Part shown: positions 1 through 9,812 of the stretch, in pieces
How the letters are laid out: every line of letters begins with the position of its first letter
How positions within the stretch are numbered: position 1 is the first letter of the stretch
Assembly (NCBI GenBank): GCA_045863295.1
Contig: BTWA01000010.1
Location: 32,001-96,000 of the forward strand
Source of the DNA: Candidatus Hydrogenedentota bacterium
Lineage (GTDB): Bacteria; Hydrogenedentota; Hydrogenedentia; Hydrogenedentales; SLHB01
DNA: 64,000 bases
Direction: 5' to 3'
Program-made: the position numbers and the translations under genes
Notes under the pieces: generated by a model
The model's input: the letters and a program-made list of their open reading frames with translations, nothing else
What the model was told of the DNA's origin: nothing
The model's database searches: none

Positions 1-2
1 CA

Positions 3-2825
3 ATCGTACCTGGGGATCCGGGTGCGAGCGTGCTTTACCAGCGCGTGACTTCCGCGGACCCGGGGGAGCGAATGCCGCCATCCAAGTCCGGTGAGGCGCT
101 ATCAAAGGCTGAAACTGATTTACTCGGCGCATGGATTGCCTCGGGCGCGCACTATGAGAAACATTGGGCGTACATCAAACCGGTGCGCCCGGCGGTGCCT
201 GTGGTCAGAAATGCTGGTTGGATAAAGAACCCCATCGACGCTTTCGTGCTCGCCCGTCTGGAAGAGGGAGGCATTGCGCCGGCACCGGCCGCCGATCGCT
301 ATACGCTGATGCGGAGGTTGAGCTACGACATTACCGGGTTGCCCCCGGCCGTGGAGGAGGTGGACGCCTTTGTCAACGATGCGCGTCCGGATGCGGTGGC
401 CTGGGCGGTGGATCGGTTGTTGGCGAGTCCTCGCTACGGGGAACATATGGCCAGGTATTGGCTCGATCTCGCGCGATATGCGGATACAAACGGCTATCAT
501 ATTGACACAAAGCGCTCCATGTGGCCTTATCGCGACTGGGTAATTAATGCACTTAATCACAATATGTCCTTCGATCGGTTCACCGTCGAGCAGATTGCCG
601 GCGACCTGCTGCCTGATGCGACCCTTAGTCAGCGCATTGCGACCGGCTTTCACCGCAACACCATGTTTAACGAAGAAGGGGGCATCGATCCCGAGGAGTT
701 CCGCACCAAGGCGGTTGTTGATCGGGTGAACACCACGATGACCGTTTGGATGGGCACTACGATGAGTTGCACGGAGTGCCACGATCACAAGTACGATCCA
801 TTCACGCAGCGCGAGTTCTACCAACTCTATTCCTTTTTCAACAACGTGCCCGAGCTTGGCGGCGGCACCAACCAAAGCCAAATGCCCCAAGTGAGCTTGC
901 CGCCCGATCCGACAATCCAGGCGGAGCTTGATGCCCTGGCCTCGGTGGTCGCGGATCTTGAGCGGCGTCATGAAGTTGAAGAAGCGAAGTTCAAAGCGGA
1001 CATTCCCGCATGGGAGATCGGAGCACGCAGCGCTGCAACTGCGTGGACCCTGCTTACCCCCGATCATGCGGAGTCCGTCAAGACGACGCCGCTGACACTC
1101 ATGGCTGACGGCTCCATCCTGGCGGGCGGCGATCGGCCGGATACCGACCTGTATACCCTGACCGCGCCCCTGCCCAGCGGAACAATTACGGGACTTGCGC
1201 TGGAAGTTATTCCCGATTCTTCGTTTCCCAACCAGGGACCGGGCCGATCGGACGACGGTTCATTCACGCTGAACGAGATCGAGGCCACTGCCGGTCAAAC
1301 TCGCTTCACGTTGTCCGATGCGCGGTCGGTTTTTGAAGACGCGGCATATCCGGCCGGCAACGCGGTGGACGGAAAGAAGGAAAGCAAGTCGGGTTGGTCC
1401 ACAGGTATTCATACAGGAAGGGGCGATTCGCTGGTATTGCGCGTGTCCCACGATGCCGCGATAGAAAGCGATTCCATCACGATTGTGTTGCGCCAGTCAC
1501 GTGGCGTGCATCTGCTGGGCCGGTTCCGGTTGTGGGTCACTTCTGAACCCGACGTGAACGCCTTGCCTGCGCCACACGTGATCGATGTACTGAACACGGA
1601 CGTGACGGCCCGAACCGAGGCCCACCTCACCGCATTGCTCGATTACTACCGGAGCCGGCAGACGGGCCATCTTGGGCCCCGGCTGGAGGCGCTGCGGGCG
1701 AAGCGTGCGGCATTGGAGGCTAAAGCGCCTGTTTCGCTGGTCATGGCGGAAATGGAAACTCCACGCGAAACGCACGTGCATATTCGCGGCAATTTTCTTG
1801 ATCCCGGTGAGCCGGTAAGCGCTGGTGTGCCCGCCGTACTGCATGCGATGGACGCGCCGGCAGACAGGTTGCCAAACCGGTTGGATCTTGCAAACTGGCT
1901 GGTCAGCCCACAGAATCCATTGACGGCTCGCGTGACGATGAACCGGCTATGGGATCAATTGTTCGGCCGGGGTCTGTTGGATACGGTCGAGGACTTCGGC
2001 ACGCGCAGCGCGCTGCCAAGCCATCCGGAATTGCTCGACTGGCTTGCCGTGGAATTCATGGAATCGGGATGGGATCTAAAAGCCATGACGCGGCTCATCG
2101 TTTCCTCCGCCACCTACCAGCAGTCGTCTGCCGTGGGCAGCGATGCATACGCACGCGATCCACACAACGTTCTCTTGGCGCGCGGTCCCCGGTTTCGACT
2201 GGACGCGGAGGCCATCCGCGACACGGCGCTTGCCGTGAGTGGTTTGTTATCACCGCGGATTGGCGGTCCCAGCGTGTTTCCGTATCAACCCCCTGGATTG
2301 TGGGAAGAGAAACTTTTGACGGGATACGAAATGGGCGTTTGGCCAACTACCTCGGGTGCCGATTTGTACAGGCGTGGTTTGTACACGTTTCGGCGGCGGT
2401 CGGTGCCCTATCCCACGTTTCAATCCTTTGACGCGCCGAGCTACGAATTCTGCGTGGCCAAACGCGCGCGTACGAACACGCCATTGCAGGCCTTGACTAC
2501 GCTGAATGATCCGCAGTTTGTCGAGGCGGCGCGTGTACTGGCCGAACGTCTGACCCGCGACACCGGCAAGACGGTGGAAGATCGCATTGCGCAGGCCATG
2601 CGGATGTGCCTGTCCCGGTTACCGGAGCCGCGCGAAATCGAGTACTTGAAAAAGGCCTACGACCGGCAGTCCGCGCGCTTTACCGCGGAACCCGCCGCCG
2701 CGGCCGCTCTTGTGGCCAATGGCCGCGCGCCACTGGACTCCACGTTGTCTGTTGCCGAACTGGCCGCATGGACCGTCGTGGCGAATGTGATTCTCAATCT
2801 CGACGAGACGATGACAAAGGGATGA
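3..2825 (+). CDS. Planctomycete cytochrome c / DUF1549 (PSCyt2) / DUF1553 (PSD1) protein, 5'-truncated by the window edge
   Basis: Frame is open from position 3 (IVPGDPGASVLY...MPP...WI..GA, the end of a PSCyt1 domain). Motifs HWAY, NPIDAF, RYGEHMARYWLDLARYADTNGY, CTECHDHKYDP, PSHPELLDWLA, RLDAEAIRD, NTPLQAL. Central insert resembles an F5/8-type beta-sandwich (AGNAVDG...SGWS). Confidence 0.9.
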   Translation: MVPGDPGASVLYQRVTSADPGERMPPSKSGEALSKAETDLLGAWIASGAHYEKHWAYIKPVRPAVPVVRNAGWIKNPIDAFVLARLEEGGIAPAPAADRYTLMRRLSYDITGLPPAVEEVDAFVNDARPDAVAWAVDRLLASPRYGEHMARYWLDLARYADTNGYHIDTKRSMWPYRDWVINALNHNMSFDRFTVEQIAGDLLPDATLSQRIATGFHRNTMFNEEGGIDPEEFRTKAVVDRVNTTMTVWMGTTMSCTECHDHKYDPFTQREFYQLYSFFNNVPELGGGTNQSQMPQVSLPPDPTIQAELDALASVVADLERRHEVEEAKFKADIPAWEIGARSAATAWTLLTPDHAESVKTTPLTLMADGSILAGGDRPDTDLYTLTAPLPSGTITGLALEVIPDSSFPNQGPGRSDDGSFTLNEIEATAGQTRFTLSDARSVFEDAAYPAGNAVDGKKESKSGWSTGIHTGRGDSLVLRVSHDAAIESDSITIVLRQSRGVHLLGRFRLWVTSEPDVNALPAPHVIDVLNTDVTARTEAHLTALLDYYRSRQTGHLGPRLEALRAKRAALEAKAPVSLVMAEMETPRETHVHIRGNFLDPGEPVSAGVPAVLHAMDAPADRLPNRLDLANWLVSPQNPLTARVTMNRLWDQLFGRGLLDTVEDFGTRSALPSHPELLDWLAVEFMESGWDLKAMTRLIVSSATYQQSSAVGSDAYARDPHNVLLARGPRFRLDAEAIRDTALAVSGLLSPRIGGPSVFPYQPPGLWEEKLLTGYEMGVWPTTSGADLYRRGLYTFRRRSVPYPTFQSFDAPSYEFCVAKRARTNTPLQALTTLNDPQFVEAARVLAERLTRDTGKTVEDRIAQAMRMCLSRLPEPREIEYLKKAYDRQSARFTAEPAAAAALVANGRAPLDSTLSVAELAAWTVVANVILNLDETMTKG

Positions 2826-4252
2826 GCATGGACGTCGATCTGGCATATCGCAAGGCGATGACGCGGAGGCAATTCTTCGGCCGCACCGCCACGGGTATCG
2901 GCACCGCGGCGCTGGGCACGTTGCTGAGCCGGACCGTTTCAGCGGAACTGTCAGAAAAGTTGCCGCACTTTGCACCGAAGGCCAAGCAGGTAATCTACTT
3001 GTTCATGTCGGGCGGTCCTTCGCACGTCGATCTTTTCGACTACAAGCCGACGTTGACCAAACTTGACGGCCAGCCGGTGCCGGAATCGTTCATGAAACAG
3101 CGGTTTGCGTTTATCAAAGGGGTGCCCAACGTTGGCGCGCCGCGATGGAAATTCAGCGAGTGCGGCAGTAATGGGCTGACGGTCAGCGAATTGTTGCCGC
3201 ACATTGGCGGTATTGCCGATGAGATAGCCGTGATCCGGTCCATGCACACGGAACAATTCAATCACGATCCCGCCACCACGTATTTGAACAGTGGTTCTCC
3301 CCTCGCGGGGAGGCCGTGCATGGGCTCGTGGGCGAGTTACGGTTTGGGCAGCGAGAACAGCGACCTGCCCGCGTTCGTTGTACTCACATCGGGTATAGGC
3401 ACCCAGCCTTTGCAAACCCGATATTGGGGCAGCGGGTTTCTTCCGTCGGTGCACCAGGGCGTGCAATTCCGGTCACAGGGCGATCCGGTGCTTTTTGTTG
3501 GTAATCCCAAGGGCATGGAGGCCGCGGTCCGGCGAGAGACCATCGACGCGGTGAACATGCTCAACCAATGGCACTACGAATCCGTGGGCGATCCCGAGAT
3601 CGCGACGCGTATCGAAGCATTTGAGCTGGCGTACCGCATGCAAACCAGTGTGCCTGAGTTAATGGATATCGCCTCAGAGCCAGACAACGTGCGCGAAATG
3701 TATGGCGTGGAGCCCGGCAAGGTTTCATTCGCCAACAATTGCCTGCTTGCCCGTCGGCTCGTGGAGCGGGGCGTGCGGTTCATTCAACTGTTTCACGTGG
3801 GATGGGATCACCATGGGGGCGGCGATCTGCAAAACCTTATCACCAAACTGCCCTCTACCTGCAAGGAAATTGATCGCCCCGCGGCCGCTTTGGTCATGGA
3901 CCTGAAACAGCGGGGATTGCTCGACGAAACCCTCGTTATCTGGGGTGGTGAGTTTGGGCGTACTCCGATGGTGCAGGGCACGCCTACAGCCGAATCCATG
4001 GGGCGCGATCACAATCCGCGCGCCTTCACGATGTGGATGGCCGGCGGTGGCATCAAGGCGGGTTGTGTGCACGGCCAGACCGACGATTTTGGCTACGAGG
4101 TCGTGGAGAATCCGGTTCACGTGCACGATTTTCAGGCCACGGCCCTGCACTGCCTGGGCATCGATCACAAACGCCTGACCTATCGTTTCCAGGGCCGGGA
4201 TTTCCGCCTGACCGACGTGTTCGGCAATGTGGTACCGGAAATCCTGGCTTAA
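2822..4252 (+). CDS. DUF1501 family protein (sulfatase-like fold), Tat-exported
   Basis: ATG at 2822 overlaps the upstream stop (ATGA). Tat-like TRRQFF, HFAPKAKQVIYLFMSGGPSHVDLFD, CLLARRLVERGVRF, WDHH, WGGEFGRTP, GRDHNP. Confidence 0.9.
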   Translation: MSMDVDLAYRKAMTRRQFFGRTATGIGTAALGTLLSRTVSAELSEKLPHFAPKAKQVIYLFMSGGPSHVDLFDYKPTLTKLDGQPVPESFMKQRFAFIKGVPNVGAPRWKFSECGSNGLTVSELLPHIGGIADEIAVIRSMHTEQFNHDPATTYLNSGSPLAGRPCMGSWASYGLGSENSDLPAFVVLTSGIGTQPLQTRYWGSGFLPSVHQGVQFRSQGDPVLFVGNPKGMEAAVRRETIDAVNMLNQWHYESVGDPEIATRIEAFELAYRMQTSVPELMDIASEPDNVREMYGVEPGKVSFANNCLLARRLVERGVRFIQLFHVGWDHHGGGDLQNLITKLPSTCKEIDRPAAALVMDLKQRGLLDETLVIWGGEFGRTPMVQGTPTAESMGRDHNPRAFTMWMAGGGIKAGCVHGQTDDFGYEVVENPVHVHDFQATALHCLGIDHKRLTYRFQGRDFRLTDVFGNVVPEILA

Positions 4253-4284
4253 CATCGTCTGCCGCATTCCAGGGAGATTTGTGG

Positions 4285-5079
4285 ATGTCCTTAGCCATCG
4301 AGACCCATGGACTGACCAAGACCTTTGGCGATTTTCGTGCGGTAGATTCGGTTGATTTGTCGGTGGAGCGAGGCACGTTCTACGGATTCCTCGGACCCAA
4401 CGGCGCGGGAAAATCGACCACCATCAAAATGCTCACGGGGTTGTTGGCGCCGTCGCGTGGACACATTACTCTGCTCGGAACGGATTTTGCCAGGGAACCC
4501 TTAGCTGCAAAAAAGCGTATTGGCGTTGTGCCGGAAGATTTGTGTCTCTTCGAGAATCTGACCGGCCGGGAGTACCTGACGTTCATTGGCCGCATGTATC
4601 TGATGGAACGAGCCACGATTCGATCGCGCACGAACGAGCTGCTGGCGCTCATGGGTCTTGCGGACAGCGAGAAGACGCTGGTGATGGAATACTCGCACGG
4701 CATGAAGAAGAAATTGTCCCTGGCGGCGGCCATTCTGCATGACCCTGAATTGTTGTTTCTCGACGAGCCATTTGAAGGTATCGACGCGATTGCGTCACGC
4801 ACAATCCGGACCGTGCTCGACCGGCTGGTGCAGCGTGGGGCAACCATCTTTCTAACGTCGCATATTCTGGAGATAGTCGAGAAACTGTGCACGCACGTAG
4901 GCATCATTCAGAAAGGCAGGCTTGTGTCGCAGGGATCGCTCATGGAGTTGTCGCACGGCGGATCGCTGGAGCAGGCATTTGTTCATGCGGTTGGCGAGCA
5001 CGAGGCCAACCCCGTAACCCTATCGTGGCTTGCACCCCAAGCACCGCCTCCGATTCCTGATGCGGCGGCGGCGGAATAG
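4285..5079 (+). CDS. ABC transporter ATP-binding protein (ABC-2 exporter type)
   Basis: Walker A GPNGAGKST, signature YSHGMKKK, Walker B LFLDEP, H-loop TSH. GGGAG RBS upstream of ATG 4285. Confidence 0.92.
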   Translation: MSLAIETHGLTKTFGDFRAVDSVDLSVERGTFYGFLGPNGAGKSTTIKMLTGLLAPSRGHITLLGTDFAREPLAAKKRIGVVPEDLCLFENLTGREYLTFIGRMYLMERATIRSRTNELLALMGLADSEKTLVMEYSHGMKKKLSLAAAILHDPELLFLDEPFEGIDAIASRTIRTVLDRLVQRGATIFLTSHILEIVEKLCTHVGIIQKGRLVSQGSLMELSHGGSLEQAFVHAVGEHEANPVTLSWLAPQAPPPIPDAAAAE

Positions 5080-5085
5080 CCCGCC

Positions 5086-6816
5086 ATGCGCGAACAACTG
5101 GCTGCACTCTTTCGCCTGAAATGGACTATTTTTCGCCACGAAACGACCAAGGGGTTGCAGTTTCTCGGCGCTCTTGCCACGGGGTTGGTGGCCTTTTGCG
5201 TGGGCGGACTGGCGCTGGTCTTCTTTGCCGCAGGCATTGCACTTGGCGCCAGCGGAGTGCACGAGAAGGCACCCTGGGTGGTCATGTTCGTCGTGGATTG
5301 CGCCACGTTCATCTTCTTGCTAATGTGGATCATCGGTTCGATGCAGGAAGTCCAGAATCAATCGTTCATGGATTTGGGCAAAATGCTCTACCTGCCTGTC
5401 CCGCTCCGCATGGTTTATTTCATGAATCTTCTTTTCGCCTTCCTGCATCCGCTCAGCTTTCTGTTCCTGGCGCCGTCGATCGGGTTGTGTCTGGGATTGG
5501 CATACTCAAAGGGGCTTGTCTCCCTGATTGGCATTCCCGTCATGATGGTGTACTTCGCGGCACTATTGACGTGGCGGCAATACGCTTTCGATTGCGTCTC
5601 GGCCATGTCCAAGCGGGGTGTGCAGCGCCTTATGATCGTCTTCAGTCTGGTCTCGGTGTTGCCCTCCATCGTGTATTTCGGCATCCTCGGCACGGGATCG
5701 TCGTTACACGAAAAGCTGGAAGCGCTGGGGAATGTACTCGCCGGATCCAAGGCTTCGTCTGCCAGTACTACTCTCGAAGGGGGGCTCGCCGCACTAAACG
5801 CCATTGTTCCCTTTGGCTGGCATGCCTTCGGCATGTACGCCCTCGTGACGGACAATTTTATAGGCGTCGGATTGGTCATTGCCGGGCTGCTCCTGGTTGC
5901 GGCGGCCGGCGGGACTCTTGGATTCAGGGCAACGCTCGCACGATTCCGGGGTGTTCCTGATGCGGGCAAGCGATTGGAGATTTCGCGCGCGGCGCAGGCC
6001 CCCAGGCGAGACCTCTTGGTCGAAAGGCAGATACCGCTGTTTGGAAACGACACCTCGGCCATGTTTCTGACATCGATGCTGCGAAACGCCCGAACGCAAC
6101 AGATGCAACTCGCAGTGGTCATAACCACGGTGCTGATACTCATGTTCGCCGGGTTTGCGATGTACAGAGGCTTCCGTCCTCCGGAAAAGCTTGGCGGCTT
6201 CCTGCGCAGTGCTCCCCTGATCATGATGATCTACCCCATGATTGCCATGCAGTTCTATTCTCTTAATTTATTCGGCACGGATCATAACGGATTCCGATCG
6301 CTCATCCTGCTGCCCACCCGCCGCCGGAAATATTTTCTCGCGCGCAATCTGGCGCTACTGCCGTTTACATACGGACAAATGGCCTTTGGTGCAATTGTAT
6401 GCGTCTCGCTGTTAAGAACAGGGTTCGTCTCTTTAGTGATGGCACTTCTCATGGGATTGCAGCTTTTCGTGAGCCTGTCCATCGTGGGCAATCTCGTATC
6501 CTGTTATCTGCCGTTTCGAATCAATACCTCCGGTATGGGCGGAGCCCAGACTCAGCCGTACATCGCCCTATTATCGGCCCTTGTGTTCATGCTCGTGTTT
6601 CCATTCTTGCTCCTTCCCATGGGACTTGTAAGCGTGATGGACAGTGCCGGGCGCTTCATACCGGGATTTGAAAGGTGGCCGTTGGGCCTCCTGGCCTCCG
6701 TGGGGCTGCTGGCCGCTACCTGCGGCGCCTACTACGCTTCGCTCGGGCTTTACGAGCGCATCTTGATGGAACGGGAACCACGGATACTCGACGCGCTGGT
6801 AAAGGATAAGAAATGA
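5086..6816 (+). CDS. ABC-2 type permease (multi-pass membrane protein)
   Basis: Many hydrophobic segments; directly follows the ATPase; NLFGTD..GF..L.LLP motif. Confidence 0.75.
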   Translation: MREQLAALFRLKWTIFRHETTKGLQFLGALATGLVAFCVGGLALVFFAAGIALGASGVHEKAPWVVMFVVDCATFIFLLMWIIGSMQEVQNQSFMDLGKMLYLPVPLRMVYFMNLLFAFLHPLSFLFLAPSIGLCLGLAYSKGLVSLIGIPVMMVYFAALLTWRQYAFDCVSAMSKRGVQRLMIVFSLVSVLPSIVYFGILGTGSSLHEKLEALGNVLAGSKASSASTTLEGGLAALNAIVPFGWHAFGMYALVTDNFIGVGLVIAGLLLVAAAGGTLGFRATLARFRGVPDAGKRLEISRAAQAPRRDLLVERQIPLFGNDTSAMFLTSMLRNARTQQMQLAVVITTVLILMFAGFAMYRGFRPPEKLGGFLRSAPLIMMIYPMIAMQFYSLNLFGTDHNGFRSLILLPTRRRKYFLARNLALLPFTYGQMAFGAIVCVSLLRTGFVSLVMALLMGLQLFVSLSIVGNLVSCYLPFRINTSGMGGAQTQPYIALLSALVFMLVFPFLLLPMGLVSVMDSAGRFIPGFERWPLGLLASVGLLAATCGAYYASLGLYERILMEREPRILDALVKDKK

Positions 6817-6863
6817 CGTGTCCCCGAGCGACCCTCGTACTTTTCCCGTGGTCCGCCGTGTCC

Positions 6864-6869
6864 TATAAT
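6864..6869 (+). promoter_or_regulatory. Perfect -10 hexamer (TATAAT) 6 nt before ATG 6876
   Basis: TATAAT at 6864-6869 followed by GGGGTC-ATG; no clear SD. Confidence 0.4.
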
Positions 6870-6875
6870 GGGGTC

Positions 6876-9761
6876 ATGGCTGTTTTCAGGCGATATGCAA
6901 GCATGTGTGCGATGGCAACTCTGCTGGTCTTCGCGGTACACGCGCAAGAGTCCGCCGTGGAGTTGGCCAGACCCGCGATCGCCGTATTGGAAGAATCCTG
7001 CTTCCCATGCCACCGCGGCGAGAAGCGAAAATCCGGTTTGGACTTGTCCAGCCGTGCCTTGCTTTTGGAGGGCGGCGACAGGGGCAGCGCTATCGACGAA
7101 GCTTCTCCCTCGGCCAGCCTGCTGTTGGCCATGATCAGCTACAAGGACGAGCATCACCAGATGCCGCCTGCGGGGAAACTTCCGCACGAGGCAATCGCGG
7201 CATTGACTGCGTGGATCACAGCCGGAGCGCCGTGGCCCGATTCCATTTCGTTTGGATCGGAAATCAAACGCGCGCAGGAGGAAAAACCCGACGGCGCGAC
7301 ACACTGGGCCTATCAGCCGATGGCAAATCCATTGCCCCCGGTGGTCTCCGATGCCGCATGGAATGCAAATCCGATCGATGCGTTTGTGCGCGCGCAGATG
7401 GATCGGGCCGGTCTTGATCCCGCACCTTCAGCCGATTCCCGCGCATTGATCCGGCGCGTGACCTACGATCTGACTGGCCTTCCGCCTTCGCCCGCCGAGG
7501 TGGAAGCATTCGCGGCCGATCCCAGCGAAGCGGCTTACGAGGTGCTGGTGGACAAGTTGCTGGCATCGCCGCACTACGGCGAAAAATGGGCGCGCCATTG
7601 GCTCGATGTGGTGCGTTATGCGGACTCGAATGGCTATGAACGCGACGCCAATAAGCTGTTCATGTGGCGCTATCGAGACTACGTGATAGAGGCCTTCAAC
7701 AGCGACAAGCCGTACGACCAATTCATCATCGAGCAGTTGGCGGGCGACGAACTGGATAGCGTCACCCCTGCCACGCTTATCGCCACCGGGTTTCAACGGT
7801 TGCACGTGTGGGACGACGAACCGGCGGACCCGGAACAAGCGCCTTACGACAATCTCGACGACGTTGTCTCAACTACCGCGCAGACTTTTCTGGGCATGAC
7901 CGTGGGGTGTGCGCGCTGTCACGATCATAAAATCGATCCGATTCCGCAAATCGACTATTACCGGTTCATGGCGTTCTTCGAAAATCTGAAGCCGATACAG
8001 CGGGAGCAAATCGCCACACCGGTCATGACCGCGGACGAGCAGGCCGCCTACGATGCGCGCGCTCAGGCGAAAGAGGACAAGCTGGATTTGCTTCGTGAAG
8101 CCCTGTTCGCGCAGGAGACCGCCATTTGCGAGGCCTTGGCAAAAGATCATCCCGAACTCCGGGGGCGAGTCTCCAGCCTTCGTGAACTGACCTATCGGTT
8201 CTACCGCGATACATGGGACGCGCTGCCGGACTTTACCGCGATTAAGCCCGAAACCGAAGGCGTTTTGAATCACAATTTCGTGACCCTTTCTCCAGCCAGC
8301 CGGCCCGATGCCATTGGTCTGGTATTCGAAGGCAAGCTCCACGTCGCCGCGACGGGCAGTCACGTATTTCACGTAACGGGGAAAGACGGGGTTCGCCTGT
8401 CGATAGACGGCCACACCGTAATCGAAACGGACGGAGTCGGCGTACACGAATCGAATGGGACCGTATACCTTCAGGAAGGTATCTCCACATTCCGGCTGGA
8501 ATACTTTAACAAGTCCGGCAAGCCGGTTCTTGATGTGCGTTGGTCCGGGCCGGGGTTGGATTGGCGGCCGTTATCGATGGAGACCGGCAATGGCGGATCG
8601 GATGAGTTTGCCGAACTGCTGACGAAGTACGAACTCGCGGCGCATGCCGAACTGCGGGACCGCTACAATGGAATAAAGCGCGAATACGAACTGGTCAAGG
8701 CGGAGGACCTCGGGGGCACATTCGCAACCACGGCGATGGAGAAAGGGCGCGAGGTGCCGAAAACCCATGTGCATCTGCGGGGTAGCGCGCATTCCCTGGG
8801 CGACGAAGTGCAACCGGGCTTTCCAACAATTCTGAATCCGCCCGCGCCCGAATTGCGGCCGGCCCCCGAAGGCGTGCAATCGACCGGCCGCCGCCGCGCG
8901 CTTGCGGCATGGATTGCCAGCCCGGAGAACGCGCTCACGGCGCGAGTCATGGTGAACCGCGTTTGGCAAGGGCATTTTGGCAAGGGAATTGTAGGTACGC
9001 CCAACGATTTTGGCCTTCAAGGCGACCAGCCCACACACCCGGAGTTGCTTGATTGGCTCGCGAGGCAGTTTATCGCGGATGAGTGGAGCGTGAAGCGGCT
9101 GCACAAACGGATTCTCATGTCGTTGACCTACCGGCAAAGCGCCCGCGGCAGTGCGGAAGCCCTCGCGGCGGATCCGCAAAACGCCCTGCTCGCGCGATTC
9201 CCTATGCGGCGTCTCACAGCGGAAGAGATTCGCGATTCCATGCTCGCGGCCGCCGGTGATATCCGTCTTGAAGTCGGCGGTCCGGGATTCTATCCGGATT
9301 TGCCCGAAGCGGTGCTGGCGACGGCCTCCAACGCAGCGGCCGTCTGGGGCCAGTCGCCGAAGGAAGAGCAGACGCGCCGCAGCATCTACATTCAAGTGAA
9401 GCGATCGCTGCTGGAACCGCTGCTGCAGGATTTCGATCTCGCGGATACCGACAACAGTTGCCCCGTGCGATTTGCGACCACGCAGCCTTTGCAGGCGTTG
9501 AACATGATGAACAGCCAATACGTCAACGAACGTGCGCACGCGCTTGCCGAGCGGTTGCGCGCCGCTTCCTCCGATCGTGCCGAACAAGTGCGGCAGGGCT
9601 GGGCGTTGGTCACCCAACGGCCCGCCACGGAGAAAGAAGTGGAGCAAAGCCTGTTGCTCATGCACGAGTTGCAGGAGAAGTATGCGATTACCGATGAACA
9701 GGCGCTCGACCGGTTTAGTCTGGTCGCGCTGAACCTGAACGAATTCATGTATTTGGATTGA
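6876..9761 (+). CDS. PSCyt1/DUF1549/DUF1553 protein with PA14 domain
   Basis: Signal peptide from ATG 6876 (alternative start 6813). CFPCH and CARCH haem-type motifs, YGEKWARHWLDVVRYADSNGYE, PA14-like segment (F.GKL.V...G...F....DG.RL.IDG...RLEYF), PTHPELLDWLA, TTQPLQAL. Confidence 0.9.
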   Translation: MAVFRRYASMCAMATLLVFAVHAQESAVELARPAIAVLEESCFPCHRGEKRKSGLDLSSRALLLEGGDRGSAIDEASPSASLLLAMISYKDEHHQMPPAGKLPHEAIAALTAWITAGAPWPDSISFGSEIKRAQEEKPDGATHWAYQPMANPLPPVVSDAAWNANPIDAFVRAQMDRAGLDPAPSADSRALIRRVTYDLTGLPPSPAEVEAFAADPSEAAYEVLVDKLLASPHYGEKWARHWLDVVRYADSNGYERDANKLFMWRYRDYVIEAFNSDKPYDQFIIEQLAGDELDSVTPATLIATGFQRLHVWDDEPADPEQAPYDNLDDVVSTTAQTFLGMTVGCARCHDHKIDPIPQIDYYRFMAFFENLKPIQREQIATPVMTADEQAAYDARAQAKEDKLDLLREALFAQETAICEALAKDHPELRGRVSSLRELTYRFYRDTWDALPDFTAIKPETEGVLNHNFVTLSPASRPDAIGLVFEGKLHVAATGSHVFHVTGKDGVRLSIDGHTVIETDGVGVHESNGTVYLQEGISTFRLEYFNKSGKPVLDVRWSGPGLDWRPLSMETGNGGSDEFAELLTKYELAAHAELRDRYNGIKREYELVKAEDLGGTFATTAMEKGREVPKTHVHLRGSAHSLGDEVQPGFPTILNPPAPELRPAPEGVQSTGRRRALAAWIASPENALTARVMVNRVWQGHFGKGIVGTPNDFGLQGDQPTHPELLDWLARQFIADEWSVKRLHKRILMSLTYRQSARGSAEALAADPQNALLARFPMRRLTAEEIRDSMLAAAGDIRLEVGGPGFYPDLPEAVLATASNAAAVWGQSPKEEQTRRSIYIQVKRSLLEPLLQDFDLADTDNSCPVRFATTQPLQALNMMNSQYVNERAHALAERLRAASSDRAEQVRQGWALVTQRPATEKEVEQSLLLMHELQEKYAITDEQALDRFSLVALNLNEFMYLD

Positions 9762-9812
9762 CCCGGCGCGTGCCCGCGAGTTCTGTTTCGGGAGCGCCGG
9801 TGGGAGACAGAA

